IMG/VR virus record: IMGVR_UViG_3300005582_000006
Location: 1-64,000 of that record
Origin: a virus
Lineage: Duplodnaviria; Caudoviricetes
DNA: 64,000 nt
Reading direction: 5' to 3' (one strand)
This document shows positions 49,146 through 58,286 of this stretch, one piece after another. The notes under the pieces were generated by a model that saw only the letters and a program-made list of their open reading frames with translations, was not told the DNA's origin and did not search any database. The position numbers and the translations under genes are program-made. How positions within the stretch are numbered: position 1 is the stretch's first letter; each line of letters begins with the position of its first letter.

Positions 49146-49784
49146 TTATTTCTTAAATGAGTCTTTAAATTTAACTTTTGGGTATATTGATCTATGCAAT
49201 TTTAAGAAGTATGTGATCAAGTCTGCTGTTTGCTCAACATCAACTAGTGCATCATGAGCATTAGCCTTTGACATTCCAAAATGATCTCTAATAGTATCCA
49301 TTTTCATATTAGGCATATCATCTGAATTTTCAAACCAAAGCAACATCATTTCATCTAGATCAAACATGCTTCTTTTATTAAAGAAAGATTGCGTGGCATT
49401 TGGCTGAACATATCCTAATTCAACACAAACCCTTTGAAAAATTGGCATATCAAAAAATCTAATGTTTTTTCCTGCTGGAACAGGGGCTAATATATTGCTT
49501 TTGCCAACTGCAAAAGTAGATATAAAATCAATAAATCTACTCCAAACAACATCAAGATTAGGTGCAAGCTGAAGCTCTTCTCTTGTCTTTTTGTTTACTG
49601 CTAGTGCTGCTTCTTGTAAATTTCCAAAGTCTCTAGGCTTTACAAGACTGTTAAAAACTGCACCTTCTATTGGTTGAAGAGTTTTTCTATTTATTGCCTT
49701 TGCAGCAATTTGAATAACTTCACAAGTATTTGTATCTAAAGATCCTGTTTCAAAATCAAAAACAATAATCGTATTACTCTTCAT
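49146..49784 (-). CDS. DEDDh 3'-5' exonuclease (DnaQ/epsilon-like)
   Basis: FDFETG, NIRFFD and AHDALVDV motifs. Confidence 0.9.
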   Translation of the reverse strand: MKSNTIIVFDFETGSLDTNTCEVIQIAAKAINRKTLQPIEGAVFNSLVKPRDFGNLQEAALAVNKKTREELQLAPNLDVVWSRFIDFISTFAVGKSNILAPVPAGKNIRFFDMPIFQRVCVELGYVQPNATQSFFNKRSMFDLDEMMLLWFENSDDMPNMKMDTIRDHFGMSKANAHDALVDVEQTADLITYFLKLHRSIYPKVKFKDSFKK

Positions 49785-50055
49785 CGTCTTCTTCTCCTTT
49801 AATAGTTAGTTCTATTGATCCATCATCATTTTGCTGTATTTTAAGTTCGACTTCCGCATCTTCTGCTGAATCTAAAAAATCCTTATCTATAAGTAACATA
49901 CCTCCATTTTGAATTGTTATTGCCTTTAATAGTTTATTAGCCTGTTTAACAAGATCTTTCTTTAACGAAGAGCAATCAGACAAGGCATCTAGCAACGCTG
50001 TTTGCTGCACTACCAGTTTGCTTATTATAGATATTTCAAGAGAATTATCATTCAT
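49774..50055 (-). CDS. Hypothetical protein
   Basis: 93 aa, overlapping both neighbours as in an operon. Confidence 0.6.
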   Translation of the reverse strand: MNDNSLEISIISKLVVQQTALLDALSDCSSLKKDLVKQANKLLKAITIQNGGMLLIDKDFLDSAEDAEVELKIQQNDDGSIELTIKGEEDDEE

Positions 50056-51970
50056 TTGCTTTCCCCTTTAAAATATTTATACAACCCATTATTTTGTCTA
50101 AAACTGCAACTCCAAGTATATCAAACTTAACCATTCCGATTGATTCTAAGTCTGACATTTCCATGCCAGCTATCATTTGTTTTGTCTTTTTGTCAAATGT
50201 CATTGGACAAACTTCTGATAATGGAATGTTGCTAATAACTATACCAGCAGCATGTTTACCCTGACTTCTTTTTGTTCCTTCTAATCTGATTGCTTGTGCA
50301 AATTCCTTCGCTAATCTTCCAGAGTAAGTACCATCCTTTTCAATCTTACAATACTCAGATAATCTATCAGGAATATTCTCTAACGCCCACCTTATTATTG
50401 AAGAATCTCCATCTTCATCTTTCATGTCTTGTAACTGTTCAGATATCTCTGATTCGTCTGGAATGTACTTTGTTACATTGTTGCTTTCTTCAAAGGAAAA
50501 CCCATGAACCCTAAGAACATCTTTTAATGATCCACGCCCCTGCATACGACTAAATGTTATCATTTGACAAACATTGCTGCTACCATACTTTTGCTTTATA
50601 TATTCTATTACCTTATCACGCTTTGTAATTGGAAAGTCACAGTCAATATCTGGTAAACTTATACGACCAGCAGAGTTTCTTCCTGCATTATAAAATCTTT
50701 CAAATATAAGAGAATGTTTGATAGGGTCTACTTCTGTTATACCCAAGAGGTAAGATATCATGCAACCAGCACCAGAACCTCTACCTCTACCCATAATCCA
50801 ACCCTTAGACTTTGCCCAATTGCAATAGTCTTGCACAATTAAAAAATATCCAGCCAAACCAGAAGTATCTATAACTTCAAGTTCGTGTTTTATTCTCTCT
50901 GTATATACCTTATATTCATCTGTTTTTGGCTTTATCGCAGAGAAACGCCTATTCCATCCATCTCTGCATAACTTCCTCAAATAAAGGATCTGAGAAAGCC
51001 CATCTGGACAAGCAAAGTTTGGTATGGATGGTTGGTTTATAAGCGAATAGTTTTCACATAAACTGTCAATTAAGCAACAATTGTCTATTTCATCTTGTTC
51101 ATGAAAGCTAGATATTTCTTCAATTGTTGGAAGATAGTATTTGTTTGACTTAAAAAATACAGAAAGACCAAATTCTTCGTTATTTTCTAATTTGCTATTT
51201 ACATTCTTTAGAGTTGTTTCCATTGAAGAACATAGTAAAACCCTTTGGTCAGGAGCATCTTCTGGCATAACATAATGAACATCTGGAGTTGCTATTTTTT
51301 TAATGCCAGTTTTTGCACAAAGTTCTCTCAGGCATTCAGCAATAACCTTTGATGCAACTAAGTTAGAGCTATCAAACAATTGTATTTCTACAAAAAAATT
51401 ATCTGCCCCAAATATATCAATGTATTTTGCACAAATATTTTCAGCTTCATCTAGCCAGTTGGGTTTAAGCATTTCCTTTATTTCATCATAATCAGTTCTT
51501 TTGTAAGCCTCTTTATAATCTGCAAATAAAGAATTAGCCAAATCTGTTCCTGGATGACCAGAAAATGCAATTAAATCGCTGCACAGTCCTTTAAAGTCAT
51601 TTAAGTTTAATCTTGGTTTGTAATAAAAATAATCTAACGAGTTGGCTAAAGAAGATAAATTAATTAAGTTTTTCCAGCCATTTAAATTTTTAGCAATGAC
51701 ACACAGGTGAGTTAAGCTTGAGTTTTCTTTATTGTGTTCTGTTGCTGAATTTGTACAAATATAAAACTCACAACCAATAATTGGTTTTATACCTTGTGAA
51801 ATACAAGCTTTAGAAAAAGAAATAGCACCAGATATAGTTCCATGATCAGTTATAGCACATGAAGTATATCCAAGTTCTTTGCATCTTTTTGCTAAAAGAT
51901 CTGGCTTACTTAATCCATCTAATAGGCTATAATGGGTATGACAATGCAATGGTATCCAATTCATATTCAA
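50048..51970 (-). CDS. dnaE: DNA polymerase III alpha, N-terminal half (PHP + palm/thumb)
   Basis: HCHTHYSLLDG, TDHG, GRGSGAG, FERF, PDIDCD, HAAGIVI and KFDILG motifs. Confidence 0.94.
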   Translation of the reverse strand: MNMNWIPLHCHTHYSLLDGLSKPDLLAKRCKELGYTSCAITDHGTISGAISFSKACISQGIKPIIGCEFYICTNSATEHNKENSSLTHLCVIAKNLNGWKNLINLSSLANSLDYFYYKPRLNLNDFKGLCSDLIAFSGHPGTDLANSLFADYKEAYKRTDYDEIKEMLKPNWLDEAENICAKYIDIFGADNFFVEIQLFDSSNLVASKVIAECLRELCAKTGIKKIATPDVHYVMPEDAPDQRVLLCSSMETTLKNVNSKLENNEEFGLSVFFKSNKYYLPTIEEISSFHEQDEIDNCCLIDSLCENYSLINQPSIPNFACPDGLSQILYLRKLCRDGWNRRFSAIKPKTDEYKVYTERIKHELEVIDTSGLAGYFLIVQDYCNWAKSKGWIMGRGRGSGAGCMISYLLGITEVDPIKHSLIFERFYNAGRNSAGRISLPDIDCDFPITKRDKVIEYIKQKYGSSNVCQMITFSRMQGRGSLKDVLRVHGFSFEESNNVTKYIPDESEISEQLQDMKDEDGDSSIIRWALENIPDRLSEYCKIEKDGTYSGRLAKEFAQAIRLEGTKRSQGKHAAGIVISNIPLSEVCPMTFDKKTKQMIAGMEMSDLESIGMVKFDILGVAVLDKIMGCINILKGKANE

Positions 51971-51992
51971 TCCTTAAATTTTTTTCAGTTAA

Positions 51993-52757
51993 TTAATTTC
52001 TTAAGTAGTTCCTAATTACATGTACTGACCAATCTTCCCAGTTTATGTCTGATATTACTGTTGTTTTTGTATGTTTAAATTCACCATTTGCAAGAGCTTT
52101 ATCTATTGGCTTAAGAAAAGTTCCATCTTTTAAATGCACATGAAAAACAACGCCAAAATGAACGGCATTTACTGTAGATGAATCATCATTTATAACGCCA
52201 ACCAATCTTACAGAATGAGGGTCTGAAAATTGAACTTCTTCTTCTATCTCTCTTTTGCAAGCATTTCCTATTGTTTCAATGTCATTTCCATCACAAGGAT
52301 TAACATGACCACCAACACCAACAGACCATAGATCATGAAGTCTATTTTCAGATCCGTGTTTTGATCTTTGATAAATAAACAATTGATCATTCTTTGTAAA
52401 AATACAATAAGGGATTACTTGTTTGTAATTCAAGTCATTTTCTGCAATATCTCTGTCTATATAAAATAAATTTTGTGGAACAAGAATTTTGTTTTTAATG
52501 CTAGAAGATTTTTCTCCAGTTAACATTCCTTGAAACGATAAGTCTTCAGTTAATAGTTCTTTTTTAAAGACTAAAACTTTCTCGCCATTGTACTTTGAAA
52601 TATACTCTGGTTCTTTTGAAACAATTAGTTTTACTTCTTCATCATAATTTGGATAGTCTTGATCTGTAGGAGATTCTTCTGGACTAAATGTTGTAGAAGT
52701 TGATGTTTGCATTGATTTTTCAAAAATAGTTTCTATCCACTTTTTACTTTTTGACAT
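51993..52757 (-). CDS. NUDIX-family phosphoesterase
   Basis: YKQVIPY, ENRLH, GVGGHVN, REIEEE and VHFG motifs; start re-called after SD GGGAG. Confidence 0.8.
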   Translation of the reverse strand: MSKSKKWIETIFEKSMQTSTSTTFSPEESPTDQDYPNYDEEVKLIVSKEPEYISKYNGEKVLVFKKELLTEDLSFQGMLTGEKSSSIKNKILVPQNLFYIDRDIAENDLNYKQVIPYCIFTKNDQLFIYQRSKHGSENRLHDLWSVGVGGHVNPCDGNDIETIGNACKREIEEEVQFSDPHSVRLVGVINDDSSTVNAVHFGVVFHVHLKDGTFLKPIDKALANGEFKHTKTTVISDINWEDWSVHVIRNYLRN

Positions 52758-53775
52758 CATTATTCTCCCTATTAGATTGACCACCACCATCGCCATACGA
52801 AACGACTGTTTTTTTATTGGCATATTTAGTATACGCAACATTCATGCCCAATTGTATAAGTTCTTTGTTCATAAAGTCACATATTGATTTTTCTGTGTCT
52901 TCATATTTTTCTTTATGAAACTTACAAAGCTTCTCACATTTCCATCTATCTTTACCATAATCTATAATTCTTGAAGGAAAATGACAAGACTTTATTTTTT
53001 CATATTCATATCTAATCATTTCAATTGTTGTTTTTATATCTTCTTTATGAAAACATAATGTAAAAGGACCACCAGCTTTATTAAAAAAAATAGTAATAAT
53101 TATATTTTCTTCATCTGGATAAAGTTTGTTTAATGCATAATGATAAAGTCTTAATTGAAAGTCTTTATAAAAATCATCGTAGTTTTTTTCCTTTCCAGTT
53201 GCCCAGTTTTTTCTTTCTCCTGTTTTCCAATCTATGTACTCTATTGTTTTTTTGTCTACTCTAGTTATTAAGTCCATTGTTCCTTTAATTCTAAGATTTC
53301 CAGACATAACAGTACCATCATCTAAATAGTATTCGTATTTAGCCCAAGGTTCTTCAATCTCTATATCAAAATACTGCTCTGGTTGCTCAATCTTTCTAGA
53401 TAAAGGTGAAAACATACCATTGTTAAACAATAAGGTATCCCAAGTCCACTTAGAACATTCTTTTAAATCCTTGTCATCCCATTCATGAATGCTTTTATTT
53501 TTGTAATGATTAAAGGCAGACAGTATGGCACTTTCTGGAGAAATATCTATTGTGGAAAAAGTCTCTTTTAATTCACTATCTGTAAATGTAGATGTTTCAT
53601 TTTGTAGGCAAAGCTTTTTATTTGCCAACAATTCTAATGCTTTATGAACAACATTGCCTTTTTCCGCTTTTTTATTGGAATCATCTTGAAAGCCTAAGTT
53701 GTAAGTTAGCCAGTACTTATGTTGACACCATGCGTAAGAACTTACAGAACTAGACCTTAGATAAGTTATGATCAT
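52744..53775 (-). CDS. Cas4/RecB-like PD-(D/E)xK exonuclease
   Basis: N-terminal Cys, G..VH, GTMD, IDWKTG, QLRLY and a C-terminal Cys cluster. Confidence 0.85.
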   Translation of the reverse strand: MIITYLRSSSVSSYAWCQHKYWLTYNLGFQDDSNKKAEKGNVVHKALELLANKKLCLQNETSTFTDSELKETFSTIDISPESAILSAFNHYKNKSIHEWDDKDLKECSKWTWDTLLFNNGMFSPLSRKIEQPEQYFDIEIEEPWAKYEYYLDDGTVMSGNLRIKGTMDLITRVDKKTIEYIDWKTGERKNWATGKEKNYDDFYKDFQLRLYHYALNKLYPDEENIIITIFFNKAGGPFTLCFHKEDIKTTIEMIRYEYEKIKSCHFPSRIIDYGKDRWKCEKLCKFHKEKYEDTEKSICDFMNKELIQLGMNVAYTKYANKKTVVSYGDGGGQSNRENNDVKK

Positions 53776-54403
53776 TTTTAATCCAATTTATTTGTTTTAG
53801 TTTTCTAATCAATTCAAATTGTTGTTGTTCTTTAGACATATTTTCGTTGTTTAAAATAATGTCAAATTTACTTGTACATTTATCTATTTCATTTTCACTT
53901 ATATGGCTATCATTATCTGTGCTTCTTGTTAACCTAATAACTATTCCACCAGCATCTTTAATGCTATCAATTTCATTTTCAAATCTTGCATCAGTAATAA
54001 AATTTAATGGACAATTTTGTTTGCTTATTGCATTAAAACAAGCGTTGATGTGTATTGATTTATTCATTTTTCTGGCTATTCCAGTTCCAAATTCTTGTAA
54101 GAATTCTCTAGCTGTCATTTGTCCTATAGGTGGATTTAAATGATTATATTTTATTTCACTATAATGAGGTAAGTCTTCCCATAAATAACTTGTAAGTGAG
54201 TTTTTATCTTCTAAAGATCCAAAAACCTGTTTGTGTTTTAATCCAAAAAAGTTAATTGCTACTGACTTCATTGTTTGAGCAAAAGAAAACATGCATGAAT
54301 CACAACCAAAAAGTCTTAAAGAATTAAGAGAAAGAAATCCAGCTAAAGTATCTTTGCCAGAACCTTTTCTTCCAGAAAAACCTATCAATCTTTGAATTGT
54401 CAT
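53750..54403 (-). CDS. Deoxynucleoside monophosphate kinase (T4 gp1-like)
   Basis: GFSGRKGSGKDT, REFLQEFGT and ITDARFENE motifs. Confidence 0.88.
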   Translation of the reverse strand: MTIQRLIGFSGRKGSGKDTLAGFLSLNSLRLFGCDSCMFSFAQTMKSVAINFFGLKHKQVFGSLEDKNSLTSYLWEDLPHYSEIKYNHLNPPIGQMTAREFLQEFGTGIARKMNKSIHINACFNAISKQNCPLNFITDARFENEIDSIKDAGGIVIRLTRSTDNDSHISENEIDKCTSKFDIILNNENMSKEQQQFELIRKLKQINWIKNDHNLSKV

Positions 54404-55530
54404 TAATACGAGTTCCTTTCAATCAAAGGCTTAATCATGCTGTTTATCTGCTCATTGCTAAGATCACCTGGATCTTTAATGCCATCTGGCAGAGATGGAC
54501 ATACTATTTTAAACATTCTAGAAAGAGATGAATTTAATTTATTTGAAGCATTATTACCAGCTTTATCTGAGTCAAAAAGCAATATTAATGTAGTAGCACC
54601 AGAAGATTCAAGCAAAACCTGTTGTGTGTCTGTAAGAGAAGAGCCAAAAACAGCAACAACATTATGTATTCCATTCTCAACAAATTTCCATACATCTGCT
54701 GGACCTTCAACTAATATAACTATTCCAGTTTTTTTAATTTCATCTTTAGCATTGCCAAAATTATAAAGATAGTTCTTTTTTGAAAATCCTTTATTGTGAA
54801 TCCATTTGCTAATAATATTTTGCGGGTCACAGCTTTCATTTTCATGATAATTACTGCATTTATTGCATTTATCAAGTATTGTTCTTCCAGTAAAACCTAC
54901 AATTGTTTTATTGTCTGAATCGTATACTGGAACTACTGCTCTTTTCCTAAAGAACCTATTGTCTGATTTTGATTCCCCAATGTCATACATATCTAATATA
55001 TGTGCAGAATAGCCTCTAGATACAAAATATTTTGATGGTATATCAAGTCTTTCTCTTACAACTTTTTTAGTGTATAAGAATTCTTTTCCTTTTTTAGAAG
55101 GAGTAAATAAATGTGCGTGTTTATCAAAAGCATGAGAACTAACAGTATCTTTTATGTCAGAAAGATCTAATTTTAATAATCCGCAAAGAGAAGCAACTGT
55201 ATCTGAAAAACTAACTGTTTTATCTCCAATTTTTGACCAACCATATTTTTTATTACTCATTACTCCACGAAAAAATCCTATAGATGTATTTATAAATGTG
55301 TTTTCGCAATGATGTGTATAACAAACCCAATTACCAACTCTTGTATGTCCAGACATAAAAAGATTTACTGCTGTTCTATTATCTCCACCATGAACTGGAC
55401 AAGCACAAATTATTGAATCGGAAACTGTTTTATATTGAATATTAAAATAATCCATAAGGAATTCTATTTTTTCGCATATTACAGCATTTAAATATTCATT
55501 CTTAGTTATTTCAGTTGACTTCGATTTCAT
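54403..55530 (-). CDS. dnaG: DNA primase (DnaG-like)
   Basis: CPVH...C..HC Zn finger; GFTGR; TOPRIM motifs VEGPAD and FDSDKAG; KDPGD. Confidence 0.9.
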   Translation of the reverse strand: MKSKSTEITKNEYLNAVICEKIEFLMDYFNIQYKTVSDSIICACPVHGGDNRTAVNLFMSGHTRVGNWVCYTHHCENTFINTSIGFFRGVMSNKKYGWSKIGDKTVSFSDTVASLCGLLKLDLSDIKDTVSSHAFDKHAHLFTPSKKGKEFLYTKKVVRERLDIPSKYFVSRGYSAHILDMYDIGESKSDNRFFRKRAVVPVYDSDNKTIVGFTGRTILDKCNKCSNYHENESCDPQNIISKWIHNKGFSKKNYLYNFGNAKDEIKKTGIVILVEGPADVWKFVENGIHNVVAVFGSSLTDTQQVLLESSGATTLILLFDSDKAGNNASNKLNSSLSRMFKIVCPSLPDGIKDPGDLSNEQINSMIKPLIERNSY

Positions 55531-56971
55531 CTGGTAATCCTTCCACTACAAAACCATTGTTCTGTCTTGTAGACTGAGATTTAAAAATTTGACTTCTAGT
55601 TGGACCTTCTTCTATTTTTCCAAATTCATAATTGGCAAATATATTTATATAATCGCCTTGGTCCATGCCTTTGCCGTGTCTTGCAACAACAGGAACTAAT
55701 TTCAAATTGTATCTAATCTTATCCTGAGAGAATCCTTCATCTGCCATTTCCTCTTCACTTTTCCTTTTATAGATTGAAAAGTTGGAACATAGCCAAAGTA
55801 TTCTGTCAGAACCAGATGCTACATCAGTATCTTCACGATTAATACCATCTCTGTTTAACTGAGTAAACGCTAAACATGAAGCATTATATTGAACCATAAA
55901 GTTATGCAGATTTGTCATTAAAAAGCCAAGAGCTTGATATTCTGCCATATTTTTACCAATGCCAGAATCATCCATTAGCTTTATATAGTCATATATGATT
56001 AAACATGGGTTTGCTTTTCCAGAATCATCAAGACCAACATCTTTAATTACCCATCTTCTAGCCATACTTATAACTTCATCAAAGCTTTTTCCTGCAATAG
56101 ACTTGTATTGAAATGGCATTTCTTTAATTTTTTCAATAGCCTTTTTAATACTATTTCTTTTTGAAACATCTTTTGAAAACAAACCACTTTCAATTTCTTC
56201 TATTTTAACTCCAGACATACAAGCTAATATTCTATGCCAATGATCTTTCTCTGTCATTTCTGTATCAAGCATTAAGACTGGAATCTTGTTTGATGATACG
56301 CTGATGCCAACATTGTCAGCAAAAAAGCTTTTACCAGTTTTCATTCTAGCACCGATAAGATTCACAGTTCCTGGCCTAAAACCACCGCCAATAGCCATAT
56401 CATATGCTTTGAATCCAGAGGAAATGCCCAACTGTGAAATTGGATTTGACTCTAAATACTCAACATATTCTTCTATGCCATCGCTCATTAGTTTTGGATT
56501 AGGGTCTTCAGAATTTGAAATCTTAAATGTTGCATCTAAAACGCATGATTCTGCAATAGAAATGATGTGGCTTATAGGCTCATCGCCAGTCACATTTTCA
56601 AGTGTGTTTGCACCATTGATTAGATTTAAAGACAGGTTTTTGGCAATGCTCAACTTTTTAAGCTTTGCTGCACTTTTTCTAGCATTAACTAATTCAACTG
56701 GAAAACTGGTTAGTGATCTTAAATACTTTGCCTGTTCTGATGTCTTAAAAAACTGTGATAAGTTTAAAGATTCAGCAGTAGAAATAACTGTTGGTATATC
56801 TACCCTTGAACTCTTATCAGTAATTATTTTTGAAAAACATTTGAATATAGCAGCATTGTCATCGCTAGAAAAACAGTTTTCATCAATGATATCTGCAACT
56901 TCAATAAAACAATCGTAGCCTTTCTGAAAAAGTCCAGCTAAGACCACTCTTTCTGCACCTACATCTATCAT
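55511..56971 (-). CDS. dnaB: Replicative DnaB-like helicase
   Basis: AERVVLAG, GARMKTGKS, LDTEM, IYDYIKL and TQLNR motifs; start re-called at ATG 56971 (ATGA overlap). Confidence 0.92.
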   Translation of the reverse strand: MIDVGAERVVLAGLFQKGYDCFIEVADIIDENCFSSDDNAAIFKCFSKIITDKSSRVDIPTVISTAESLNLSQFFKTSEQAKYLRSLTSFPVELVNARKSAAKLKKLSIAKNLSLNLINGANTLENVTGDEPISHIISIAESCVLDATFKISNSEDPNPKLMSDGIEEYVEYLESNPISQLGISSGFKAYDMAIGGGFRPGTVNLIGARMKTGKSFFADNVGISVSSNKIPVLMLDTEMTEKDHWHRILACMSGVKIEEIESGLFSKDVSKRNSIKKAIEKIKEMPFQYKSIAGKSFDEVISMARRWVIKDVGLDDSGKANPCLIIYDYIKLMDDSGIGKNMAEYQALGFLMTNLHNFMVQYNASCLAFTQLNRDGINREDTDVASGSDRILWLCSNFSIYKRKSEEEMADEGFSQDKIRYNLKLVPVVARHGKGMDQGDYINIFANYEFGKIEEGPTRSQIFKSQSTRQNNGFVVEGLPDEIEVN

Positions 56972-57432
56972 CTTCTCACCGCTTTTTTCATGCAAGGAAC
57001 GCATATAAATCCAGAAGATTCATTATCTCTAGACTTAAACGCAAATTCCTCTGAGGTTATTTCCATAGTGTTGGAACATTTTGTACATTTAACGCTTTGA
57101 AATCCAGAAGATTCATCTACTGGCCTTCTGTATTTTTTAGGTTGTAGGTCTTTAGGTTGCTCTTCAATAAAAGAACATTCTAAAGTTTGATCGTCTACAA
57201 ATTTATTTTGAAATACTGGCCTAGCAACTGATTCTTTTGCCTTAACTGCACTATTATTCGTATTTATCATGAATTTATTCAATTGAATTTCTTCATTCTT
57301 AATTGTTTCAACAACAACTTCTTCTTTTCTATTGTTAAGCACTACAACGCCAGCCAAATCTTGCAATACTTCATCTACTAATACCCAATCACTTTTTTGT
57401 ATTGCTTCTTTTAATTTAGATATTACGCTCAT
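56968..57432 (-). CDS. Hypothetical protein with C-terminal Zn ribbon
   Basis: CTKC...CVPC. Confidence 0.65.
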   Translation of the reverse strand: MSVISKLKEAIQKSDWVLVDEVLQDLAGVVVLNNRKEEVVVETIKNEEIQLNKFMINTNNSAVKAKESVARPVFQNKFVDDQTLECSFIEEQPKDLQPKKYRRPVDESSGFQSVKCTKCSNTMEITSEEFAFKSRDNESSGFICVPCMKKAVRR

Positions 57433-57928
57433 TATTTTTCCTTTTGTTGTAAGAAAGATTAGAAAATGTATCAGAAACCTTTTCTACTCTTATAGGCAAA
57501 TATTCTGTCCTGTCTATTCTTGCTTGTATCTTTACTGCAAGCATTTTTACTTTTTGTGCATAATCATCATCTTTAACTGATAATGCCATTCTTTCATCTG
57601 GAGAGAAATATCTATAATCTGTAAGTTTAGACGAAATAGCTTTTAGTATCTTTTCATTGCACCATCTTAATTTTGCTTTTTCTCTATTGAGCATTCTAGA
57701 TAAGTGAAAAGAGAAACTATTTAATAGAACACAAGCTTCTGCACAATCTTCAGAAGACATTTTTTTTAACTCTTCTTGCGAAAGATATAGGTACTTCATA
57801 CAGGTAAATTCTAAATCTTTAGGGATTGAGGATAAACCTATTGAGTTTTCATAGCTATCTAAAAGAGAATCAAATTTTTCTTCTTCACTAACCTTCAATT
57901 CTTTTTCGCCATTGTTGTTCTGATTCAT
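57416..57928 (-). CDS. Hypothetical helical protein (possibly UvsY-like mediator)
   Basis: Coiled-coil character; lies between RecA and DnaB. Function inferred from context only. Confidence 0.5.
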   Translation of the reverse strand: MNQNNNGEKELKVSEEEKFDSLLDSYENSIGLSSIPKDLEFTCMKYLYLSQEELKKMSSEDCAEACVLLNSFSFHLSRMLNREKAKLRWCNEKILKAISSKLTDYRYFSPDERMALSVKDDDYAQKVKMLAVKIQARIDRTEYLPIRVEKVSDTFSNLSYNKRKNNERNI

Positions 57929-58286
57929 TGAATGGTAACTCTATAAGGTAAATGTTATTTTTTTCACACCACTCTATTTTATTCTTATCATTTTTTTTAG
58001 AATGATAAAAGTTTAACATCGTATTATGAAAAAAAGGTATGAATTTGTAGTGTTGTTCTCCATGAACTTCAACTATTGTTTTTCTCAATGGCAACCAAAA
58101 ATCTGCTGCTAAACCTCCAGAACCAGGCAAAGTTGCTTCTTCTAAGATTCTGTCCATTGGATACATTGCTTTAAGTATAGATCTAGCCAACAAATGCAAT
58201 GAAGATCTAGGTTTAGAATCATCATGATCTGGAACATTACCAGAAGTCCAAGAGTAAGTTTTACCATCAAGACCTATTACTTTCAC
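57888..58286 (-). CDS. Vsr/DUF559-like endonuclease
   Basis: ADFWLP...VEVHGEQH...DKNKIEWC pattern. Confidence 0.75.
   Translation of the reverse strand: MKVIGLDGKTYSWTSGNVPDHDDSKPRSSLHLLARSILKAMYPMDRILEEATLPGSGGLAADFWLPLRKTIVEVHGEQHYKFIPFFHNTMLNFYHSKKNDKNKIEWCEKNNIYLIELPFNESEQQWRKRIEG

Noticed and set aside
47516-51970. Split intein or group I intron joining the DnaE halves
   Set aside because: No intein N- or C-terminal motifs at the split ends, and the gap is fully occupied by two tightly packed ORFs with no room for ribozyme structure.
52744-53775. Cas4-like gene as evidence of a CRISPR-Cas locus
   Set aside because: No cas1/cas2 or array. Solo Cas4-like nucleases are common in phage replication modules.
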